From an uncultured Pseudobdellovibrionaceae bacterium (GTDB lineage: Bacteria; Bdellovibrionota; Bdellovibrionia; Bdellovibrionales; UBA1609): a DNA stretch of 24,000 bases. Position numbers and translations under genes: made by a program. Shown here one piece after another: positions 1-6,405 of the stretch. The DNA lies in the NCBI GenBank assembly GCA_964636785.1, contig CAZWVK010000009.1, positions 1 through 24,000 on the forward strand, read 5' to 3'. Every line of letters starts with the position of its first letter. The stretch's first letter is position 1. Under the pieces are notes generated by a model. It ran no database searches and was not told where the DNA came from. It was given only the letters and a program-made list of their open reading frames with translations.

Positions 1-81
1 TCTGGCAAAGAGTTTGCGGGCGTTTTAGATCAAGTTATTGAGGCTCAGCCCGATTTGAAGTCGAACTGCGCTATTTTATAA
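1..81 (+). CDS. 3' end of an unidentified CDS entering from upstream of the window
   Basis: Frame 1 is open from base 1 (...SGKEFAGVLDQVIEAQPDLKSNCAIL) to TAA at 79-81. A hairpin plus T-tract terminator follows 41 nt later. Too short to assign a product. Confidence 0.35.
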   Translation, partial: SGKEFAGVLDQVIEAQPDLKSNCAIL

Positions 82-121
82 GAGCTTCGCTTTCCCAATT
101 CAAATAAACTTCCTATAATCA

Positions 122-160
122 GTGGCGATGAAGGTCGCCACTTTTTCTCTTTGTTTTTTT
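122..160 (+). terminator. Rho-independent terminator of the upstream gene
   Basis: Perfect 7-bp stem GTGGCGA (122-128) / TCGCCAC (135-141) with a 6-nt loop TGAAGG, immediately followed by TTTTTCTCTTTGTTTTTTT. Confidence 0.6.
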
Positions 161-493
161 CTTCTTAGTTTTCTTCTCGGAAGTTTCTCTGCTCGATCTT
201 CTTTGGAATTTTCAGCCAAAGGTCATGAATTTGAAATTCCGATTATCTATATCGCTTCTATCACCCTAGATAAGAGTCGAAATTCTCGAGAAATTGCGAA
301 GACCCCGTTAGATCTCTCAGATCCGGATCTCGTTGATCTGAGATGGAATCCATCGCGAAGAATATATCCAAAGTCGAGTCGTTCAGATAAGAAAACTCGG
401 TTTTCAGATGTTTTTTATTCGCCTAGAGCCCCGCCAGTTTCTTAAGTCGATCCAATAAATTTATAAACATTTTGACTTAAGAGAGGTATCTTT

Positions 494-601
494 ATGGAAA
501 CCAAGGATATTATTGTCATTATTTTTACTGTGATTTTCACAATTGCCTGTATTTACGGTTTGTGGGCAGTTCGAAACGACAGTGACGGGGAGAAAAAGTG
601 A
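494..601 (+). CDS. 35-aa single-pass membrane mini-protein (METKDIIVIIFTVIFTIACIYGLWAVRNDSDGEKK), translationally coupled to the antiporter
   Basis: ATG at 494 is preceded by GAGAGG (481-486) at 7-nt spacing. The product has one hydrophobic helix followed by a charged tail. Its TGA (599-601) overlaps the GTG start (598-600) of the next gene (GTGA). It falls below the size cut-off of the supplied ORF track. Confidence 0.45.
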   Translation: METKDIIVIIFTVIFTIACIYGLWAVRNDSDGEKK

Positions 602-2814
602 TTCATCTGCCGCAAATCGTTCAAGACTTAGCTTTGATCTTGATGGCTGCGGCAGCGATGACGCTTTTGTTTCGCGCGATCAAACAGCCTGTGGTTTTGG
701 GTTACATTATCGCAGGCTTTTTGGTTGGTCCTCATTTCACCTGGACTCCGTCTGTGCTCGACACCAAAAGTGTCACGGTATGGGCGGAGATCGGGGTTAT
801 CTTTTTACTCTTTGCACTTGGACTGGAATTTAGCTTTAAAAAGTTAGCTCGCGTGGGATCTGCAGCCACGATCACAGCGCTAGTGGAAGTGGTCGGAATG
901 GTTGGAATTGGTTTTGTTCTGGGGCAGCTTTTTGGCTGGAACAGTATGGATAGCCTATTCTTGGGCGGAATTTTAGCCATTTCATCGACAACCATTATTA
1001 TTCGAGCCTTTGATGAGCTGGGAATGAAAACAAGGGGATTTGTCGCTCTTGTTTTTGGAGCATTGATTGTTGAAGATCTTTTCGCCATTCTATTGATGGT
1101 TCTTCTATCCACCGTAGCTGTTACTCAGACTTTTTCGGGCATTGAGATGGGAGTCTCGGCATTAAAGCTCGTGTTTTTCCTTACTCTTTGGTTTGTCTCA
1201 GGGATCTTTTTAATTCCAAGTTTTTTAAAGCGCACCAAACATCTGATGAAAGCAGAAACTCTTTTGGTGGTATCACTTGGCCTTTGTTTTTTCATGGTTG
1301 TATTGGCTTCTAAAGTTGGATTTTCACCAGCACTTGGTGCGTTTATTATGGGATCGATCTTAGCGGAAACCATGGAAGGCGAAAGAATTGAGCATCTGAT
1401 TGTCCCTGTGAAAGATCTGTTTGCGGCTGTCTTCTTTGTTTCAGTTGGAATGCTGATCGATCCGGCTGTGCTGGTCGAGTACAAATGGCCGGTATTGATC
1501 ATCACTGTCGGAACAATCATTGGAAAAATCATTGCGACATCGTCGGGTGCACTTTTATCCGGCCAGAGTCTAAGGCATTCAGTTCAAGCGGGAATGAGTC
1601 TTGCGCAAATCGGAGAGTTCTCGTTTATTATTGCAGCACTTGGTCTTAGCCTTAAAGTCACCAGTGATTTTCTCTATCCCATTGCAATCAGTGTTTCAGC
1701 GGTTACAACGTTTACAACTCCTTACCTAATTAAATCGGCCGATCCATTTGTGGGATGGCTTGAGAGAACTCTTCCCAATAAGCTTTTAGTGGGGATTGAA
1801 CAATTCGGATCCACTTCACGAAGGATGTCCAATAAGCGGGGTTGGAAGAACTTTCTTCAACTGAGTATTTTAAAAGTTTTTGCAAATGGTGTGGTTGTTA
1901 CAGCGATTTTTTTGGTTTCAGCAAACACTTTAAAACCATGGGTTGAGAGTCATATTGACTCCAACCTCACAGCAAGGCTTTTGAGTTTGGCATTAGCCTT
2001 TCTCTTCTCATCGCCCTTTTTATGGGCGATGGCTTTTGGGCGCACCAACGAAGAGTTCACCAAAGCGCTGTGGAAGGAACGAATTTATAAAGCACCCATC
2101 TTTGTTTTTGAGGCCTCAAGGTGGGTGATCACCTTGGGGCTCGTTATAGTTTTATCCGGTCAGTTTATTTCTGCAGGTGCTGTTACAGTGGCTGCGATCT
2201 CTGCTTTTACTTTTCTTTTTATCTTTCTTTATAATCGCATCTCAAAAGTTTACTTTTGGCTGGAAAGCCGCTTTATGGTCAACCTGAACGAAAAAGAACT
2301 TCTTGAATCCAAAAAACGAATGCCGACATTCACCCCATGGGACGCTCACCTTGTAAAACTCAAGGTTTCGCAGCAATCGGATTTGATTGGAAAAAAGATC
2401 TCTGAAGCCATGATTCGAGAGCGATTTGGAATCAGTGTGGCCGTGATTGAGCGAGGGCGAAAGTTTATTCCAGCACCTTCTCCAGATGAATATATTTACC
2501 CCATGGACACCTTACAGGTTTTAGGAAGTGATGAAGAGATTCATAAATTCAGAGAGGTGTGTGAAGTGGAAGTGGGAGAGGATCTTGATTTTTCTCAGCT
2601 AGAGTATTCCCTTCACGCTATACAAGTGGAAAGCGATGCTTTTTATGCGGGAAAATCCATCCGCGATTCTGGGATTGGAAAAGCCACTTCAGGTTTAGTG
2701 GTTGGAATTGAGAAAAACGGCCAAAGAAATTTAAATCCAGATTCATCCACTCTGATAGAAGTGGGTGATACGCTTTGGATTGTTGGCAACTCAAAACTGA
2801 TTCAAAATCTTTAG
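598..2814 (+). CDS. CPA2/Kef-type monovalent cation:proton antiporter with two C-terminal RCK_C (TrkA-C) domains
   Basis: 738-aa ORF. The N-terminal ~560 aa is polytopic membrane protein with the CPA2-type N-terminal signature (...AIKQPVVLGYIIAGFLVGP...). The C terminus carries two tandem RCK_C-like repeats (...LIGKKISEAMIRERFGISVAVIERGRKFIPAPSPDEYIYPMDTLQVLG... and ...YAGKSIRDSGIGKATSGLVVGIEKNGQRNLNPDSSTLIEVGDTLWIVG...). Confidence 0.9.
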   Translation: MIHLPQIVQDLALILMAAAAMTLLFRAIKQPVVLGYIIAGFLVGPHFTWTPSVLDTKSVTVWAEIGVIFLLFALGLEFSFKKLARVGSAATITALVEVVGMVGIGFVLGQLFGWNSMDSLFLGGILAISSTTIIIRAFDELGMKTRGFVALVFGALIVEDLFAILLMVLLSTVAVTQTFSGIEMGVSALKLVFFLTLWFVSGIFLIPSFLKRTKHLMKAETLLVVSLGLCFFMVVLASKVGFSPALGAFIMGSILAETMEGERIEHLIVPVKDLFAAVFFVSVGMLIDPAVLVEYKWPVLIITVGTIIGKIIATSSGALLSGQSLRHSVQAGMSLAQIGEFSFIIAALGLSLKVTSDFLYPIAISVSAVTTFTTPYLIKSADPFVGWLERTLPNKLLVGIEQFGSTSRRMSNKRGWKNFLQLSILKVFANGVVVTAIFLVSANTLKPWVESHIDSNLTARLLSLALAFLFSSPFLWAMAFGRTNEEFTKALWKERIYKAPIFVFEASRWVITLGLVIVLSGQFISAGAVTVAAISAFTFLFIFLYNRISKVYFWLESRFMVNLNEKELLESKKRMPTFTPWDAHLVKLKVSQQSDLIGKKISEAMIRERFGISVAVIERGRKFIPAPSPDEYIYPMDTLQVLGSDEEIHKFREVCEVEVGEDLDFSQLEYSLHAIQVESDAFYAGKSIRDSGIGKATSGLVVGIEKNGQRNLNPDSSTLIEVGDTLWIVGNSKLIQNL

Positions 2815-3503
2815 GTCTTGCCATTCAGTCGAAACGCAATAAAGAAACTCACGGCTGCAGGAAAATAAAGCCCAGCAAAATGAACATCCATTAAAAGAAA
2901 AGCTGCGAAGATTGATCCGGCTAAGAAGGAAGAGATAAGCTCGATTCTTACGGTATTGTACTTCTTCTCGCCACTGCCATTCAGAAGCAATCGCTTTGCG
3001 AGTCCAATGCCCAAATCCGTTGTGAGTCCGGTTAAGTGGGTTGTTCGAATGATGGAGTTGGAATAGTGAGTGAATAAGGCGTTCTGCGCTCCACAATTGA
3101 AACAAAGGCCAGAGAGCAAAACAAAGTCCCCAAAGCCGGCAAAAGGTGCGCCAAATTCACCTAGAAAAGACATCTGACCAAAAATCCCAAGGAGAAGATA
3201 AATCACACCCAGTAAAGACATGACTTCAAAGTAAGCGGGCTTTTGATCGCGAGCCCTTCGCACGGAAATAAATACTCCGGACACAAAAGATCCAATTAAA
3301 AAGCAAACAGGAACAAATAGAAAAATCAGCGCTTTATCATAAGAGCCTTGTTCAATAAGCACAGCAGAATGACCGGCAAATCCTGTGACATGAGAAACCA
3401 AAAGATGAACCATTAAAAACCCAGCCACATTCACAAAGCCACCTTGAAAAGCGAGCAGCGACCAAATAAATCGGTTTTTAGGTTCGAAGATAGCGTCTTT
3501 CAA
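2811..3503 (-). CDS. DUF1275 (YoaK-family) integral membrane protein
   Basis: 230-aa ORF with ~6 hydrophobic helices and the family-typical N-terminal segment LAFQGGFVNVAGFLMVHLLVSHVTGF. TTG start at 3503 with AAGGA about 7 nt upstream. Its stop codon overlaps the antiporter stop on the opposite strand (TTAG, 2811-2814). Confidence 0.8.
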   Translation of the reverse strand: MKDAIFEPKNRFIWSLLAFQGGFVNVAGFLMVHLLVSHVTGFAGHSAVLIEQGSYDKALIFLFVPVCFLIGSFVSGVFISVRRARDQKPAYFEVMSLLGVIYLLLGIFGQMSFLGEFGAPFAGFGDFVLLSGLCFNCGAQNALFTHYSNSIIRTTHLTGLTTDLGIGLAKRLLLNGSGEKKYNTVRIELISSFLAGSIFAAFLLMDVHFAGLYFPAAVSFFIAFRLNGKT

Positions 3504-3526
3504 TTTCTTTCCTTAAAAGAATGATA

Positions 3527-3554
3527 CTAGCTGATTAATCCTAGCTGGTTAATC
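3527..3554 (-). promoter_or_regulatory. Tandem 14-bp direct repeat (CTAGCTGATTAATC / CTAGCTGGTTAATC) in the 51-bp gap upstream of the DUF1275 gene; possible promoter or operator
   Basis: Two adjacent copies (3527-3540, 3541-3554) with 1 mismatch. Read on the minus strand, the region gives TTAACC - 17 nt - TAGTAT (sigma70-like, 4/6 and 4/6 matches) just upstream of the AAGGA RBS. Confidence 0.35.
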
Positions 3555-5003
3555 CTAATTATGGAATTCCGAATAGGGTAGATCTTTGAAATGTTCAAGA
3601 GCTGGAAGGCGGATGGTGAATGTCGATCCCACCCCGGGCTGACTTTTAACTTCGATCTTACCGCCATGTCTTTCAATGATATGCCTTGATACCGAAAGCC
3701 CAAGTCCCACTCCAGGGATAGTGGCCTTGGTGATTTGAGTGCGCCGAAAAGGCTCAAAAACTTTCTCAAGATCCTGCTCTGAAATACCAATGCCTTCGTC
3801 CTTCACACGCACAATAGCTTCGTTTTTTTCAATCCGAAGATCGACTTGCACTTCGCCACCATTGGGGGAGTATTTGATCGCATTATTAATAAGATTGTTG
3901 ATCACTTGAGTGATCCGGGTCGGATCACATTCAACAGGCACCGGATAGGGTGGAGCATGAAATATAAGAGTGTGGCGAGAAGACACTTGCTGATGAAGCA
4001 CCACGGAATCTCCGATGGGTGTTCGAAGGTCATGAGGGGATTTAACAAGCTCGAGTTGTCCCGACTCAATTCGACTCGCATCCAAAAAATCACCAACCAT
4101 TCGATTCAATTGATCGGACTGTCTGGAAATGATCTCAATCATCTGCTTTCTTTGCTCAGGAGGAAGCTCTTCATGATCAAGAATTTCTGCGGACATTTTA
4201 ATTCCAGACAATGGATTTTTAAGATCGTGAGCCACTCCCGCCAAAAAACGAAGCCTGGCTTTTTTCTGATCGGCCAGCCTCCAGGTGAGGTCATTAAATG
4301 CCTCGGCCGCAACACGAATCTCATCAATCCCCGAAGGTTGAACCACACCATCGCGATTCGCTTCGCGAAAGCCAACAATCCCAGAGCTGAGTTCACGAAT
4401 GGGTTTATAAATCCAGCGTCGAACCATCGTCCATGCATAGGGAAGTAAAAGAGAATAAAGAATCAAAACTCCGAGCGCGACCAAAGATAAAAAATCCACT
4501 CCAGCTTGCGAGCGCTGTATGGCTATGCCGGCGTCATCCAGATTAAGATGCGCTAAACTTGCTGCTTTTTTATGTGCATCTCTCAAATAGACATTAGACT
4601 GCTGATAGGCTTCGGCAGGAGTGAGTCCCTGATGATTCAGATTATCGCGTTGTTTTAGATAAGTCTCGGCGCTCTCTGTGACTTCAATCAAGAGTTCACT
4701 ATGCCGACTTGTGGGCATAAATGATCGAAGCTCCGCAAGAGTTCTTCGAACATTTTCTTCCTCTTGGATCTGGTTTCGGCTGTGTTCAATATCTCCAGTG
4801 AGACCATAGAGGAACCATTCTCTATTGGTGCTCAAGAGATGGATCTGAAGCTCTTCCGAAAGGCGCACCTTTTCAAACATCTGAGCGACATCAGCTGAAA
4901 GCTGGTCGGCGCGAAAAGCCGCAATAAAGGTGACCAGGGCCAAGACGCCTGTGGTAAGAACAAATCCGCCAAGTAGGCGTAAAAAGATACTTTTTAAAGT
5001 CAT
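3555..5003 (-). CDS. Sensor histidine kinase (2 TM segments + HAMP + HisKA + HATPase_c); no response regulator adjacent
   Basis: 482 aa. N-terminal TM helix, a ~150-aa extracytoplasmic helical region, then a second TM helix. H-box FLAGVAHDLKNPLSGI, N-box VINNLINNAIKYSP, G1 VKDEGIGI, G2 GVGLGLSV. Confidence 0.9.
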   Translation of the reverse strand: MTLKSIFLRLLGGFVLTTGVLALVTFIAAFRADQLSADVAQMFEKVRLSEELQIHLLSTNREWFLYGLTGDIEHSRNQIQEEENVRRTLAELRSFMPTSRHSELLIEVTESAETYLKQRDNLNHQGLTPAEAYQQSNVYLRDAHKKAASLAHLNLDDAGIAIQRSQAGVDFLSLVALGVLILYSLLLPYAWTMVRRWIYKPIRELSSGIVGFREANRDGVVQPSGIDEIRVAAEAFNDLTWRLADQKKARLRFLAGVAHDLKNPLSGIKMSAEILDHEELPPEQRKQMIEIISRQSDQLNRMVGDFLDASRIESGQLELVKSPHDLRTPIGDSVVLHQQVSSRHTLIFHAPPYPVPVECDPTRITQVINNLINNAIKYSPNGGEVQVDLRIEKNEAIVRVKDEGIGISEQDLEKVFEPFRRTQITKATIPGVGLGLSVSRHIIERHGGKIEVKSQPGVGSTFTIRLPALEHFKDLPYSEFHN

Positions 5004-5075
5004 AATTCAACTTGGGCGTGCACGGTGGCCCAGTCAACCCCGCTAAATATAAGTCAGCAAAATCTGGGGGAGTTG

Positions 5076-5084
5076 TGGTATATT
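5076..5084 (+). promoter_or_regulatory. Candidate extended -10 promoter element for ssrA (TGGTATATT)
   Basis: The TGnTATAAT-like sequence ends 13 nt upstream of the mature tmRNA 5' end. This would leave a short leader for RNase P processing. No good -35 element was seen. Confidence 0.35.
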
Positions 5085-5097
5085 ATTCATGTTTTCC

Positions 5098-5451
5098 GGG
5101 GGCGACATGGCTTCGACGTGGGTCGTGAAGCTTTGGGAGCATGCAGGGGCGCACGAGGTCCTCTATAAAAACGTGCAAATTTGTAATTGGCAACGATTAC
5201 GCACTTGCTGCCTAATTTAGCGTAGCACACGGATCCGGTGTCGCGAGGACGGACCCGGGGAAGTGTCATTTTAGTCCTCTCGTCTTGAAGCTGTTTTCTC
5301 CAGGGCTTTAAGATTAAATTTTCTGGGGGACGGGTTAGAGAAAGTTTGTCGCTCGACGTTTTCTAACCTTAGTTAAAAGAGTGACTAAGCATGTAGCCGC
5401 CCAACAGTGAATCACTTGCGGACGAGGGTTCGATTCCCTCCGCCTCCACCA
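5098..5451 (+). ncRNA. ssrA: tmRNA (transfer-messenger RNA)
   Basis: 5' end GGGGGCGACATGGCTTCGACG and 3' end GGACGAGGGTTCGATTCCCTCCGCCTCCACCA. tRNA-Ala-like acceptor stem GGGGGCG/CGCCTCC with the G3:U identity pair, T-arm GGGTTCGATTCCC, and an encoded CCA. An internal tag reading frame ends in ...YALAA. Confidence 0.92.
5189..5215 (+). other. tmRNA tag-peptide reading frame, GNDYALAA*
   Basis: GGC AAC GAT TAC GCA CTT GCT GCC TAA, with the canonical C-terminal YALAA degradation tag. Choosing GGC as the resume codon is my inference. Confidence 0.7.
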
Positions 5452-5459
5452 GAATCATT

Positions 5460-5496
5460 CAGATATCGGATATCAGATATCCGATATCTGATATCC
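5460..5496. repeat. Five tandem heptamers GATATCN (N = G, A, C, T, C) forming a perfect 15-bp-arm palindrome
   Basis: GATATCG GATATCA GATATCC GATATCT GATATCC at 5462-5496. CAGATATCGGATATC (5460-5474) is the exact reverse complement of GATATCCGATATCTG (5476-5490). The array is flanked by the 8-bp direct repeat CAGAATCA at 5450-5457 and 5500-5507. Confidence 0.85.
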
Positions 5497-5504
5497 GTAC
5501 AGAA

Positions 5505-5855
5505 TCAGAGTCGGGATTCGGAAGAATGCCCTTTTTTCCAATTGGGCGAATCCTTCAGATTCGAATTTACAAGCTTATAAAGATTTGCGCCGAGAGCATC
5601 CGCTTTCGCGAGCAAGTCTTTATCTTTCAAATCCATAAGTTCAAAAATGGTTTGGCACTCTCTAAGTGATCCATATGCCATATGAAAGAAGTTTCGTTTC
5701 TCACGAGCCGAGCCCTTCGCGTTTCCTTCGGAAAGATTCAATGCAATCGAGGTCGAAGCTCTGTTGAGCTGATCTTTGAGATGGCCCTTAAACTTCAGCT
5801 TTGCAGTCAGCTTGCTAAATTCAATGGCCATATCCAATGTCCGGAATGATTTCAT
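5505..5855 (-). CDS. Four-helix-bundle protein of the '23S rRNA intervening-sequence protein' / Avd-like family
   Basis: 116 aa. Family pattern ...LKDQLNRASTSIALNLSEGNAKGSAREKRNFFHMAYGSLRECQTIFELM... AAGGAG lies 6 nt upstream of the ATG. Confidence 0.8.
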   Translation of the reverse strand: MKSFRTLDMAIEFSKLTAKLKFKGHLKDQLNRASTSIALNLSEGNAKGSAREKRNFFHMAYGSLRECQTIFELMDLKDKDLLAKADALGANLYKLVNSNLKDSPNWKKGHSSESRL

Positions 5856-5860
5856 CTTTT

Positions 5861-5882
5861 GCTCCTTATTTAGTTAAGGAGC
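5861..5882 (-). promoter_or_regulatory. SD-sequestering hairpin in the 5' UTR of the four-helix-bundle gene
   Basis: The minus-strand RNA reads GCUCCUUA-ACUAAA-UAAGGAGC-AAAAG-AUG. This is a perfect 8-bp stem in which the 3' arm contains the AAGGAG SD and the 5' arm is an anti-SD. Confidence 0.45.
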
Positions 5883-6260
5883 TAGGCCATTGCAAAAGTC
5901 GGGGCGTGCTGAGTGTAGAGTGGGCTTAGGATAGAGCGTTGGTTCGGACGCTTCGTCCGGATGCTGGGTGGTGGAATGCGCAAGCATTCAGCGCAGGCAG
6001 GCAAACAGGACTGGGCGCTCCCGATGTTTGACTGAGTAAACTGCCCGGCCTTGCAGTGAGTGAGCTGGAAGCGAACGAACGGAAAGGCGATTCCGGTTGG
6101 CTTGACCAATCACGTGCAATAAGGGGTCATCTTCTTTGTTGGCTTCGTCGTTGCCTTGTGCGACGTACTTTTTTGTACGTCTCCGCGTCTCCTTCTTGCC
6201 GCCTCAGATCGTGGTGTACGGCGAATGAGCATTCCACGGATAATAAAGAGACGGTCTAGA
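5883..6260. ncRNA. Candidate structured non-coding RNA or leader (GC-rich, ORF-poor, multiple perfect hairpins); family not recognised
   Basis: Local GC is about 60% (38/60 counted for 5941-6000) against roughly 42-50% in lines sampled from flanking genes. Hairpins: CGGACG-CTT-CGTCCG (5945-5959), GAATGC-GCAA-GCATTC with a GNRA loop (5974-5989), GACGTAC-TTTTTT-GTACGTC (6162-6181), CGTGG...CCACG (6210-6238). The only ORFs have no RBS and implausible composition. Confidence 0.35.
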
Positions 6261-6405
6261 AGTATAGGCTCTCGATTTGACGAATTCTAAACGATTTTTG
6301 GTAAAGAGGTGAATTTCATACAGGAATTTCTCCGATTGCGCCAAATTGAGCTGCTTACGGGTTAATTTTTATTTAGAGAATGAGCAGTAAATCCGATGAG
6401 TTTAT

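Noticed and set aside
122-445. 107-aa ORF with an apparent signal peptide (MAMKVATFSLCFFLLSFLLGSFSA...)
   Set aside because: Its only Met codons (122/128) lie inside the stem-loop of a strong intrinsic terminator. The 'signal peptide' is simply the translation of the terminator's T-tract. The rest of the product is rich in Ser, Arg and Asp, and there is no RBS. It is most likely spurious. I cannot fully exclude a real small secreted protein.
161-493. Long pyrimidine-rich leader upstream of the mini-ORF and antiporter, with a 9-bp inverted repeat (TCTCAGATC 315-323 / GATCTGAGA 335-343); considered a c-di-AMP (ydaO-type) or other riboswitch controlling K+ transport
   Set aside because: I could not find the conserved cores of the ydaO/c-di-AMP riboswitch or other riboswitches by eye, and one hairpin alone is not evidence. 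An Rfam scan is worthwhile, but the region does not merit a call.
732-1532. Minus-strand ORFs 732-1112 and 1125-1532 inside the antiporter gene. Similar antisense or out-of-frame ORFs occur inside other large genes (543-833, 2618-3105, 3527-3790, 3846-4448, 3902-4438, 6427-7224, 8388-8831, 9656-9838, 10404-11152, 11652-16636, 17980-20871, 22305-23550).
   Set aside because: These are shadow ORFs wholly within well-supported longer genes on the other strand or frame. Their products are low-complexity or compositionally implausible, and there are no RBSs.
2811-2814. Convergent 4-bp overlap of the antiporter and DUF1275 stop codons (TTAG)
   Set aside because: This is a common result of genome compaction, and nothing further suggests regulation.
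3555-5003. Orphan histidine kinase next to ssrA as something unusual
   Set aside because: Orphan kinases are common, and the sequence shows nothing atypical beyond the missing partner.
5087-5269. 60-aa minus-strand ORF
   Set aside because: It lies entirely antisense to the tmRNA gene and is an artefact of the GC-rich structured RNA.
5882-6259. ORFs 5882-6109 (-) and 6056-6259 (+) in the GC-rich segment; also considered a decayed integrase next to ssrA
   Set aside because: The ORFs have no RBS, Cys/Arg-rich implausible products, and overlap perfect hairpins. No recombinase motifs (R..HxxR..Y) appear in any frame I translated. Only a BLASTX search could fully exclude a pseudogene.
5505-6405. 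Diversity-generating retroelement (DGR), because the four-helix-bundle protein belongs to the Avd-like family
   Set aside because: There is no reverse transcriptase gene in the window, no TR/VR repeat pair that I could see, and no target gene upstream. Stand-alone members of this family are common.
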